DNA of 63,999 nt, counting the filler, from Dirinaria sp. TL-2023a (lineage: Eukaryota): NCBI GenBank assembly GCA_051941275.1. It is 6 parts of 6 records of this genome, joined end to end, with 100 filler letters (N's around TTAATTAATTAA, not from the genome) between each part and the next. Parts side by side here need not be neighbours in the genome. Positions count along the whole stretch, not along the records: positions 21,895 to 32,718 come from JAVEBF010000903.1; positions 32,819 to 43,614 come from JAVEBF010000904.1; 4 more parts are not named here. One strand, given 5' to 3'. The notes beneath the pieces are model-generated. The model saw only the letters and a list, made by a program, of their open reading frames with translations, was not told where the DNA came from and did not search any database. The position numbers and the translations under genes were made by a program. Below are positions 23,109 to 34,353 of this stretch, one piece after another. Numbering within the stretch: position 1 is the first letter of the stretch; the number at the start of each line of letters is the position of its first letter.

Positions 23109-25750
23109 TCACATTCCATCTCTTCGTCTGGAGGGCCGCCCCAAAACGGCATCCAAGTTCGGCATATACGCATCGTATTCCGATTCAGTGTGCATTTGGC
23201 GGAATGGGTTCGACATGTCCTGACCTGCTTGTTGCCGTGATGCTGATGCTTGGTGAGCCGTATCGTTTTGAGATAGAATCTGAAAAGCGCCATGAAGAGT
23301 TGCTTGTGGAGCGCCGGCGCGTGGAGTTTCTGATTGCGGTAGTGACCTTGTATTAATCGGAAACTGAACCGACTGATGAGTTAGGAACGGAGATGGAGTG
23401 GCTGTAGGTTCAGTCCACAGCGGAGACCTAGTACCGTAATCCACGAATGTAACCGGCCACCCGCCATTACGATCAGTTGGCTCAGTAATACCTTGGTAGG
23501 GTGGTGCTGAAGGGTTTGCAATAGCTCCCGCAATACCAGCAGCGCGCATTGGTCTTGCCGCCTGGCCTGTAGTTCTAGAGCCGCTTGTAGCCTGAAGGCG
23601 GTCTTGAGTGTTCTGCTCAGAAGAGGGGCGGTTGGCTGATTGAAATACACTGCCAATACTGCTATCGTTTGGATGCTCGTCGAGAAAAGCGTATGGAGTC
23701 GTAAAAAGGTCATTCCCAGGTGGGTAGCCGTAATGCCAGCTTTCAAAGGGTATGCTCCAGTCATCCTGCGCCGCTCCTGTGACGTTGAATCCCTGATCAC
23801 TAGGCTGTGAACAGCGCTCAGGCTGAGGCAGTAAAGAAGCTGTACCAGCTGCGACAGTCTGCCTTGGCAACCGCTGTTGATACCCCAGGCTGAGATGGAG
23901 CGGGTTCTGAGAACCATATGGGGAATAAGAGGAAGCTGCAGGAGTTGCAAGTGAACTGTAAGCGTTTACATCTTGCATGTAGGCGCTCGTATTGGCCTGA
24001 TTGCTGAAAGCGGACCTGTTCCCATCCGCAATCATGGTTCTTCTGTCGCTAGTCTGAGTGTACCCTAACATATGGTCAGTTGAATCTTTTATTGGCGATT
24101 GAGCGGATTTGATACCTTGGGCACTGGGGTGCAAAGGCTGCGACATATGTGCTGCCACTTCGGCGTCCAGCTCTCGTTGTCTTTGAGCCCTTCTCTCATC
24201 AGCACGACGTCGGCGAACGGTTCCTGGAAGCTCCTGCACAGGCGGGCTACCATGAGCCGCAAGCCACTCGTTGCCACTGGCACGGCGGTCAACATCGTGG
24301 ATGACCATTGTCGAGGAATCCACAGGAACAGGTTGGTTGAGAGAGAACCAAGCTTGGTAAGGCGACTGGATTGAATTTGGCCTAGTTTCAACACTACGAC
24401 AAGGATTCTGTGGTGAAGAATTTAGAGTAGAATCAAACTCAGGCTGTGACCTATTCCGGAGGGTTGCCCGCCTGAAGGAAGGTGGAAGTGGATCAGGTCT
24501 AGATAGTGTGCTGCGTCGAGAGATGGGCTGTGAGGATGCAGATGAAGTTGTATCAGACCTAGTTCCTGCTCCACGCAGTGGATTTTTTTGTGAAGGAGCT
24601 CGAGCTGGATTAAGTGCAGGCCGTACTCTCCGAAGAGAATTTGATGATGCAGGTGATGGAGCTGGATCGAGTCTGGGTCGAACTCTCCGACGCGAACTTG
24701 ATGGTGAATGAGACCGCGCTGCATGAGTTCTGAGTCTTGTGCTATTTGGTAGATCCAATGGGAAAGTTGTTGGAACAGGTCTTGGCCTTGTCCTATCCCG
24801 AGAATGTTGTGTTGACGGTGTTGAGCTATGTTCATGCGAGGTGACAAAGAAGTGATCCAAGTTCTCTGCATTTTCTTGTCTAGCGGCATCGACATCTCTT
24901 TCACTGCTACTTGATCCCAAATCAACAATATCGACCGTGCTTGTTTTGTGGCTCGGCGGCTTCATGTTGACCGTGTCTGCACTTCGCTCAGCACGCGTAA
25001 GAGTTGTGAATGGTGGATTTGTCTGAGGCAATCGCTGCTCTATTGTACAAGTCAGACCGCTAAAACCTTGCGGTACACGTTTTTTGATAGGAAATCCTTC
25101 TTCCTTCTCGTTCTCTGGCAGTGGGACCGACCCTCCTAAACGTCCCATTGATGGATATAGGAGACCTGGTGTCGTTCCTCTGGTCGTGTTGTTGGCCATT
25201 TGGGCCGGTGACAAGTTATTATAAATTTTTTTATTTGGCTCGCTGGCCAAAAGATTTCCTTTGTATCTCCAGGAAAGAATTTGAAATGTTGGCCTCCAAT
25301 ACCGGCCCTGATGCATGTTCAGGGCATTAGCGCGCGGACGGCCGAAGCTCTGCATACGCATTGTGATATCGACCCACTCAATCCGCGGGTCGAGACGGCA
25401 CCAGGCTTCTAAGATCAAAGGGTGCTCCTGTGTGCATATCTGTAGAAAGTAAGTAAGCGTCTTTCCTTGGATATCCATAAGGTATTATACCTGGTCGATT
25501 TGAGCAAGGACCGCAAAGTATCTTAAAGGTCTTGGGTTATTTCGATCTTGTGGCCACCGCTCATACATGAGTCTTCCGTTGGCATCCCGCTTCTGTTCCA
25601 CAGTCTTTTGTTTATATTCCTTCCATTCTTCGCTTGGAGTCAGTTGGTACAATATCTTGTTGAGTGTTAGTGAAAGACATCAACCACTGACAGAGAGTTG
25701 TACCTGGGGAATACGGTCGAGACTGCTCATATTCCAGTCCCACTGCCTGC
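23109..25750 (-). CDS. Uncharacterised protein: short conserved-looking domain plus long disordered S/P/R-rich tail; 5' exons unresolved
   Basis: 789-codon ORF with EAWCRLDPRIEWVDITMRM...RPRANALNM...NNTTRGTTPG. Upstream exon ILYQLTP...PLRYFAVL and intron ~25442-25490 put the ORF-track ATG inside an intron. Confidence 0.65.
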
Positions 25751-28519
25751 GAATGCTCGTCAAATACTGCCATTTCATAAAAGAGCGACATATTGCTTAC
25801 CCTACTTGGAAGTCAGTTTTATCGCCTTCGTCGATCCCCTGGCGGCGTGGCGGCTCTATTAGGGATCAGCGGCCAACTCTCACCGACGGAACATTTCGAC
25901 TTACGATAAGCTGTAGGGTCACCATCCCTTCCCTCCGTCCTACAAGCCGCAAGATACAACGGATTTTGCTCCCATCGGAAACTCATTTCTGATTGATTGA
26001 TCCAGTGCTAAGTATCCTATAAAGATTTGTGAGGACTCTACTGAAGCAAAACCGCCGAATTCGATCTAAGAAATCTGGAGCATGCTGTCTAGAGAAAATT
26101 TGCGGATAATAACAAGGACTGAAGGACGGTAGATAAGCCGGCGAGTGGTGAGGCAATAGCCAAAATTAGATGCGGATAATGTGCGCACGAAGTCTTCAAA
26201 GACTCAAGCTATGTCAGCAAATCTGCGAACTCGAACTGGGTTTCCGTCTTGAACAGAGGCTCTGACTTGATGCTCAGAGGGATCAGGTACTTAACCCCTG
26301 TTGGGACGGTTAATAAAGTGGAGCTTGCCCTAACTGATAACGGTGATAAGATACCTTATAATGAGACAATGGCTCAACACAAGAGTGAAGAGAATCAACG
26401 CTGGGTTTCAGGATCTACCGCAAATTATTTCATTGTTCTGATTGGCCCGAAATACTTGTGGGTAGGCCTTTCATTGCTTCAGTCAGCACTTCACCTTGTC
26501 CACAATGAGAGATGTCCGATCGTGTGCTCCATTGTGAGGCCTACAAGAAAATTGGTACGACCACCTGCCCTGCTGATCTTAATCATTTCAACTTTCCATC
26601 ACATCTCGTCTGATAGCCTATTCGTTCGAAACTTGATATCAGAACAGACGGCCTTGACAACACTTCAACTATTCAAGGTCCTTATTACGCTGGCTGGTTT
26701 GACGAAGCACTGCCAGTTGGCTTGGAGACAGCAAGTATTATATTTTTCCTTAAAGATTTGGAGCCAGGACCTTTTTTCGTCGATATATTGCTGGATCTGC
26801 AGCATACGCATCAGACGGACTCACAAGCGTGCTGCTCAGGAAGATCAGAAAGAAACTAATTGTCTTCAGTGCTAGGCCAAAGTGGACTATTGAGATAGCT
26901 ATTAGGCGAACTACAGGCACCACAAGAACATTCCGCACTTATATCGGATCAAGCTGCTACTGATCTCATTCGACCTTATTCCGTAACAGCCCTAGATCTC
27001 TTTGACCATCCATCAGAATCTTGAGCCTTGATTTCAGCGTCCATCGTCGCTGTGGCCTTCAGCAAGTTACGCACCAGGTTTGAATCGATCGCGGAGTGTG
27101 AAATTAAACTTTTTCGTCTCGCCGATAGCACACGGATAGAAAATTTCGGCAGTCTTCTCTATTCGAAGGCAGAGACGGTATGAGGCTCAGGACTACTACA
27201 AAGCTGAGTAAAAACGCACACCAGAGGCTTGCAGCAACAAAGTCAACCTGTTTGGTCAATCTTAGAGAGCCCGGACAACGTGAGGTTTGTCCCAGCATAA
27301 TCAGTTCAGCAACACGAACGAGGAGAAGCTTCTTTGGCAGACGGGGTGTGCCCTGCCAGCGGATGCGAAGTATATGACTGCTGCCCAATATTGTATATCC
27401 GAAGTGCGGAAACATATTTCTCCGAGCTTTCCGAGGTTTAGTCTCAGCTCATGAAAAGTTTCCTTGCGTAGCATGAGCTACATTTACTTTACATTGGCTA
27501 CAGATCATGCGAGATCGTGCAAATCCGAGGTGACCTGAATGGAAATAAGCTTCGGTATAAGTTCCAGGACCTTTTGCTTCTTACGAATGATAATTATTCA
27601 ATGTGCCAATCTGGGCTCTTTTTCGCTCATTTCAGTCCAAAGTCTATTGGAGTCTTTCCAGATGAGTGGGTAAAATGCTGAGCATCTGCAATACTCCAAT
27701 CAGTTGAATAGGTACAAATGAGTATAACGAGGCAGATCACAGTGGGGAGGGGTGGTAGTAGTAGCCGAATTGGCACTCGCCGAAAAAGATTTTTCCAGTA
27801 GTGACCTAGAAGTGGCTTTCGATGAGCAGGGTGTACTGATTTCGTCGGGTTTCTCCCTCTGAAGTATGCAGTCTGAGGATCTTGCAACTTGCTTCCCTTG
27901 GTAATGTGTATTGATCTTATATACTTGTAATGACGTAGCGCTCGTCTCCTAATTCACTACACGCTTCTGCTAACGCCCCGAGGAGTTGAAGTGAACGAAG
28001 AGGAGTAAACGAAGAGAATAGTCCTACTCTTGCTATGCATTGATTCAGAATACGATTGGATGCATCTTTGGAGCTACTCATCAAAATGTCTTCTCCTAGA
28101 TCTTTACCCACGAGCTCCGAGAACTTCGTGTGGCTTTGGATGATCTTCTGCTTCACTGGGCACCAAAAACCAGTAATTTCCGTATGCATCCAGATCCAGT
28201 TCAAGCTGCCGTCTTCCCCATGTTCTTAGCCACGAAAGATTGCGTGTTGTTTCTTATGCCGGCCCGCGAAGAATCTCCAGAAGTTGGCATGTTGCTATCG
28301 GAACCTGATTAAAGGCCAGGAAAGGTGTGTCTCGGCTCATCAATATCAATGCGACTCCAACAAAAACGCCATTCAGAAACCATCTGCTCCTGGTGACCTG
28401 GTCCAGCAAGATTTGGTGAGTTTCAATCATAAATTATGAAAAGGTATTTGCAGGGCACATATAAGGTATTGCCTTCAAAAGCGCCAGAGAAAAACCCATA
28501 GCAAATTGAGATCCCCTAC

Positions 28520-29030
28520 TATGACTCGGGCAGCTCATCAATCCAGTACTCATCGCTATTTCCTTTGACAAGTTTTGTGACAGGGTACCTGCTTGCTTTA
28601 GACTCGAGTATCTTGAAATGGGCCGATTTTCCTATATTCTTTCCTGAGCCGAGGGCGAATGTTTCGACCTCCACCGCCGCCCGACTTGTAATAGAAATAG
28701 AGGGAGTAACTCTCATAAAACGGCGCTGTTGATAAATTACTTACCATGGCATGATTGGCATCGCTGTCCTTTCTATAGACCGCATTGACAAGAGAAAGCC
28801 AGCATGCTTTGCGCCTATCGGTGGCATTAAGATAATGATGCACGCCGCGGTAATTTTCCTCGCTCGTAAACACAAATCACCCATGTGGCCGTTCTGGTCC
28901 GCAGTTCGGGATGTCGCTTGACTACAGCACAACCAGGCTTGCGAGCACGCTCTTGAACAGCAATGTTAATTTTGTCTAGCGGCGCGAAGTCGCCATTAAC
29001 CGGCGAATCCACGTTCAATCCATGCACGGG
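28520..29030 (-). mobile_element. Degenerate MULE/FAR1-like DNA-binding domain remnant
   Basis: Frameshifted fragments DFAPLDKINIAVQERARKPGCAVVKR...VICVYERG / YRGVHHYLNATDRRK..ACWLSLVNAVYRK resemble the N-terminus of fungal Mutator transposases. No TIRs identified. Confidence 0.35.
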
Positions 29031-29607
29031 GATTGCTGATGTGGACAGTGGAAACGGTGAGAAAGCGTGTACAAGACGTAAAGGCGAAGTTTTATTTCCT
29101 GCTTTGGTTAGATCGGATTTCAGCCTTACTATCGCATCTGGTGTGCGGGGTGCAGTAAGGTACGGAGTACAGTAGAATTACACACAGGATCCATGAATGC
29201 CTGAGGTCATGTTCATCTGATTGGATATTGTTGTTCATCACAAGTGCTTTTGCTAGCCGCGGGGTCAGATTAGGCGCTACCCCACGGTTATCTGCCAAGA
29301 GTTCAGCCTTGCTGCTCACCAACGTCAACCTATGCTCCCAAGTATCGAGTAGCCATCCTGGAACGATGTTCTACCTTTGCGACCGCATATGAGTCAGTTC
29401 TAAGTATCTGGTGTCCAAGTGGTCGATGGGGACATCAACGCATATGGCTTCCGCTAGTCTCTACCATTCCCTGGATGGATGACGAGGCGTTGGAGCTCAG
29501 CCCCCTTATGGACGGTGCTAAGCCTTGCCGAAGACCTCTGAATGGTTTCAACTCTTTTCTTTGAAATGTTCGTCAAGGTAGAGAGCTGAGAAGCCTAATT
29601 GCTACCA

Positions 29608-31851
29608 ATGTCCTTCGGGTTCTCCATCAGCGACGCCATCGTTCTCACACAGATAGCCTTGCGTACCGTCCAAAATTCTCGGAACGCTTGCGGAGCCCAC
29701 GATGCGCTCACCCACGAAACTTCGGGCTTGCTTCTCGTGCTAAGACGTCTCAAGGATGAGACCGCCAAAGCGGAAAGCCCGATCAATCGACCGGCGGATT
29801 CTTGTCAGGAGGAATTGCAGTCCCTCGTCATCGGCTGCAAGAAAACATTGACGACGCTGGAGAACATCTTGGTCAAATACAACTCTTTGAGTGAGGAACA
29901 AAGAAGTGGTCGCAAGCTATGGCAGCGAATACGGTTCGGTAATGGAGAGATGCAAGATCTGGCAGACCTCAGAGGGACATTGGTCTATTACACCTCGGCT
30001 ATCTCGCTTTTTCTCAATGTGGTCTCTATGGGATCTGTTGGAAGAGTCGAAAAACAGATGAACGAAGCCGGTGGAGATCTACGAGACATTCGAGTCGCTG
30101 TGAATGGCATTACTGCCCACCTACTGGCTAGAAATAACCGTGACGGCTCAGTGTTAACGACATATGCGGACGACGACAAGGCTGTGTGGAAGGAGTTGAG
30201 GCGGGAGCTTGTAAAAGACGGTTTTTCGAGTTCCACGGTTCGCCAATACAAAGGACTCATCAAGGCTTACATCACTGAATTGGGTAGCCGAGGGGTTTTG
30301 GACGAACAGGACGTCTCTAGGTTAGATGAGGAAAACGCGAAGTATGAACCTGAGCCCGGTGGCGATCCTTCGTCAAAGTCTCTTGTAGATGCAACTCCGA
30401 GTCAAGAGGAGGTTACAGAAAGCACACATGTGAAAGAACAGGATCGTCCTGACGAGGAGCTAGTGAGGGCCGCTGAGGACCTGACACTTCAACCTGCATC
30501 CGAGCGAAAGGAGGAAGCTAGAGAAACTGCGCCGACCTCTGATAATCAAAAGACTGACCTCGCTTCCTCCGATGATCAAAAGATTAACTTCTCTTCCTCT
30601 AATGATCAAGAAACTGACCTCGCTTCCTCTGATGCTGTCTTAGCACAGAGTGTCGAGCTTGACTGTGGCCATCGAATCAGCCATGCACGCCTCCGGCAAC
30701 TCTTCGAGGTGTCTGTCAATGATGCTCGTTACATGCCGCCAAGATGCTGCGAAAATGGTCACATCCATCCTGACCAAGTTGGGAGTCTCTTCGACATTCG
30801 GTTCAAAGTCATGTGGAACCAGAAACTTCAAGAGAGTCTCGCGAATTCAAAAAATTCTGATCAAATGTTTGAAGAGGTGCTCGGAGAAGGCTCTTATACG
30901 CTTGAACATCCTTGCCGAATCTTCTTCAAAGATCTAATTGAGTATTTCAGAGCGAAGCTTCTAATTCTAGTCCAGGATTCAACTGATAAACACGTTCTCT
31001 GCGGTCGTGTTTTCTGCGCGCGGGGTTGTCAAGAGGCTTTAGCAGTGCCATCGGATCTCCATAAAGACCTCTTCAAGGTCCATGCCCTTACAACAAGTGC
31101 TTATTTAATCTTTGAACGAATGCTCCAGAACAGGTACCAACCTCCACTTGCGATATCAAATGGTATAGAAAATATTGTACGTGCCGTTCAGACTCGCCAA
31201 ACTGTGATACACAGATCGGAAATTGTGGACATCCTTTTCAGCATCAACGACTGGGTCCTCGACTTTGAAGCTAATTGCGTAGAGAGTTTTTTCAAATTGC
31301 AGCACTGGATGGACATTGCAAGCCTAGAGTGGTCAGCAAACAACGAATGCAAACAGATGGTTGAACCTCGTAATACTGGACGGTCAACCAGGCCAAAGCG
31401 GAAATCTAATCCATCTCACGGGCTTAAGAATCATCCTTTCAACAACCTACTTGCGCAGATTTGGGTACAGAATCATGACGAGGATTTGATAACCTTCATC
31501 GCAAGATTCCGTGCCGCTCAGACAATATTGTATGATCGTTACAAATGTTTAACGCAAATACTTCAGTTCAAGCTTTTGGAAAAATACTATCACGACGTGA
31601 TGTTGCCAAGATGTGAGGATTTCATCCTCAATGCACCCAACTGTCACATGATGAGAAATCAAAAGTATACAGCATTGCGCGCATGGGTCGTGGAAGACTA
31701 TCTATGGGAATTGAACTACGTCCGACTGGGTGGAGATGGGACCCTTCGAAGGCGAGTGAGAGAACGAGGTCAAGAAGCTCGAGAAACGCTGGGGAGGCTG
31801 GACGATGTGGCGCGAAAGAACAACGACACTGGTGAAGAACCTACTGTCTAG
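29608..31851 (+). CDS. Protein with fungal STAND N-terminal (HeLo-like/SesA-type) domain, degenerate RING/IBR-like segment and C-terminal BAG-like domain
   Basis: MSFGFSISD...LQSLVIGCKKTLTTLENILVKY...KLWQRIRFG...DDKAVWKELRRELVKDGF; then LDCGHRI...LFEVSVNDARYMPPRCC; C-terminal LPRCEDFI..AP...YTAL...LNYVRLGGDGTLRRRVR...RETLGRLD. Confidence 0.8.
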   Translation: MSFGFSISDAIVLTQIALRTVQNSRNACGAHDALTHETSGLLLVLRRLKDETAKAESPINRPADSCQEELQSLVIGCKKTLTTLENILVKYNSLSEEQRSGRKLWQRIRFGNGEMQDLADLRGTLVYYTSAISLFLNVVSMGSVGRVEKQMNEAGGDLRDIRVAVNGITAHLLARNNRDGSVLTTYADDDKAVWKELRRELVKDGFSSSTVRQYKGLIKAYITELGSRGVLDEQDVSRLDEENAKYEPEPGGDPSSKSLVDATPSQEEVTESTHVKEQDRPDEELVRAAEDLTLQPASERKEEARETAPTSDNQKTDLASSDDQKINFSSSNDQETDLASSDAVLAQSVELDCGHRISHARLRQLFEVSVNDARYMPPRCCENGHIHPDQVGSLFDIRFKVMWNQKLQESLANSKNSDQMFEEVLGEGSYTLEHPCRIFFKDLIEYFRAKLLILVQDSTDKHVLCGRVFCARGCQEALAVPSDLHKDLFKVHALTTSAYLIFERMLQNRYQPPLAISNGIENIVRAVQTRQTVIHRSEIVDILFSINDWVLDFEANCVESFFKLQHWMDIASLEWSANNECKQMVEPRNTGRSTRPKRKSNPSHGLKNHPFNNLLAQIWVQNHDEDLITFIARFRAAQTILYDRYKCLTQILQFKLLEKYYHDVMLPRCEDFILNAPNCHMMRNQKYTALRAWVVEDYLWELNYVRLGGDGTLRRRVRERGQEARETLGRLDDVARKNNDTGEEPTV
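30538..30633 (+). repeat. 30-bp coding tandem repeat, about 3 copies
   Basis: Encodes SDNQKTDLAS-SDDQKINFSS-SNDQETDLAS-SD. Confidence 0.8.
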
Positions 31852-32718
31852 ATGGACCGTCTGTCCTATCATGATGCTTCGCACCACTCCTAAGGCAAAG
31901 CGCCAAAGTTCTCCTCAATACTCAAGCAATCACCCTACGTGGACCGCACGAAGGCGGACCACTTGTCGATAAAAAACATTCTTCACGAATAGAGCAAGAA
32001 ACTCTATGCGCCGAGAAAGAAGACAATGCCGGTGTCTACGAAGCAGAATTATTGTGAATGACTGCATGCCCCTCTTTCCACATGACCTATCTACTGGAGG
32101 AAAGTTACTCGAGATGAAAAGAAGGCAGCGGTGAAAAAGCTAGCCTGTTATGGGCGAATGCTAGGCATACTCGTCCACGCAATATGGCGTGTAAAAGCTA
32201 TGGATACATCAATGATCGGTATAGAGGATGGCTGGACCAGGACTAGGTAGTGCCTCGGCAACCACACTAAGCCTAAACAGGCACAAATAGTCATCCTCCA
32301 TCTGTTATAGGACCTTTTCCTGGGATCCGTTTATAACATAGTCGCAAGTATTACTCGCATTGATTTATATACTTAAAAATCCAGAATCCAAGCAACAGAT
32401 AGGGCTCGAGCCAATTAATCGTACCGGTCTAACGCGTGGATTTGAAGTTGTTCCGTCTTCGAAAAAAGGTTCAGTTAACGCCTTCAAAACCTTAGAGAAC
32501 TTGATATAATGGATCGAAACTGCCAAAAAAAACATCCCCTCAAGCCCATCTGCGACATGAAAAAGCACAACCCGGCAAAATCACCATTCTTCCATTCCGT
32601 TGATCCTCAGCCTGGATTCAGCACATCTAAACCCCATCCCCCCCAATCTACTCTTCCAACCTGCTTCTCAAACCTCTTTGCAACAACAGAACCCACCACA
32701 TCACTCCCCCCCCAAAAC

Positions 32719-32818
32719 NNNNNNNNNNNNNNNNNNNNNNNNNNNNNNNNNNNNNNNNNNNNTTAATTAATTAANNNNNNNNNNNNNNNNNNNNNNNNNN
32801 NNNNNNNNNNNNNNNNNN
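32719..32818. other. Artificial contig linker
   Basis: N44-TTAATTAATTAA-N44. Confidence 0.99.
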
Positions 32819-34300
32819 CGATTCAAACTGCTTGACAAAAATCGCGTAATCTTTTCTGCAATGAAGAGTTTTTCGAGATTGTTAACAAAAATTTTAATTT
32901 TCTCGTTTCGAAAATTGACGATGAAATCTGAATTCGTGTATCGAAGTGTTTGAAATGAAAACTAAATGTTTTTGAACGAAAATTATAGAGTGAGTTTAAA
33001 AGAGATTTGCTCGCTGCGTTTTTTGTACGTTTAACGTTGACATATGTCAACTTCTGTAAACTTATTTACTGCACGTTGTCAGTGTTAAGAAGATAAGATA
33101 ATCTTTGAAAAGAAGATCATATTTATGATAAAAAGCAACAAGTCAGAGCTGAAACAATAGACTGCTATTAGTTCAACGAAATTTCTTGCTGTTCTTATTA
33201 TTATATTTGAACGATCTGGAAATCGGTTTCGCAGAGAATCTTTCATGACCTGTTTGTTTGAGTTCATCCCGGATTTTTCATCGTTGTGCATGTCTTCTTG
33301 GCATATTTTAGCCGCTCACGACGTCTCTGAATTATTCCTTGAGTCCCAAGACCCAGGACTTATTTCAAAGTCTTTTAAAGCAAGAAAGATTAATAGACAG
33401 ACAAAGTAATGAATTTCCTCGTTTAATCGTCGTTGTGTCCCAACATACTTCAGATTTTTGACTTCCCAGTCTCCTTTAGTCTCTCTCAAACTCTTGCAGA
33501 ATACCATCTGATAGTCGCTGATTCCGTGGGGTTTGGGGTCTTCGTGCTTGATCTGCTCTTTGTACGTGTTTTTCTTGCTGTGTTTTCTATTTACTTTTCT
33601 CGATCTCTGATGAAAATCATCGAGATTGGTATTGAAATATGAGTTTCAGATATCGATCTATGTTTTTGCTGCTCGATTTTTAAACAGAGTATTAGAGACG
33701 TTTTGAGTACTTCATCATATCGTCCCATTAATCGCATGTTCAGGAAGTCGTTGCGCATTTGAGAGTTTCTGATGCTATACCGCTCGATCTCTCAGAAATT
33801 TTGTTTAGCAGAGTCTTGAGTTTCTCGAATTTACTGTGTTGCATTCTTCGCTCAGTTTTTTTGATCATTGATCGATTTTTTGTCGAAATCATGGAGAATC
33901 GATATCGATCTATACTCTTCTTCTCATCTTCTAAGAGAATATCAGAGACTTTTTGAGTACTTCATCATAGCGTCTCATTAACCGCAAGTTTAGAAAGTCG
34001 TTGTGCACTTGGAAGTTTCTGATGCTATACTGCGCGATCTCCCAGAAAATTTGTTTAGCAGAGTCTCGAATTTCTCATACTCACTTTTCTCTTCTCATGA
34101 AGGCTAAAACATAGGTTGCAAATGCTTACCAGTCTCTCGTTGAAAGGGTGACAATAGGTCAGTACAAGTTTTTGATCACTACTTCTTCATCAAAAGCTTT
34201 CAGTATTAGTTGAAGAAGGTTAATTATAGAGCTCAAAGCGGCTGATATCAATCCATACTTATAAACTTGATCGAAAACTTGAATTAAAGATGCTCGTGAA
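32819..34300. repeat. AT-rich, CC/GG-poor RIP-like degenerate region containing a ~250-bp tandem duplication
   Basis: The ttttgagtacttcatcat...tttgtttagcagagtct block occurs at 33701 and 33951. The copies differ mostly by C/T and G/A transitions. Confidence 0.75.
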
Positions 34301-34353
34301 GAGACCAAGAAACGGCGACAATATTAAGAAACCGTCCATAATTCAATACCCCT

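Noticed and set aside
26249..26875. 208-aa plus-strand ORF
   Set aside because: Non-ATG start, no recognisable motif, and it lies in the unresolved upstream region of the minus-strand gene.
30538..30633. Amyloid signalling motif next to the HeLo-like domain
   Set aside because: The repeats are D/S-rich, internal, and match none of the HRAM, PP/RHIM-like or sigma patterns.
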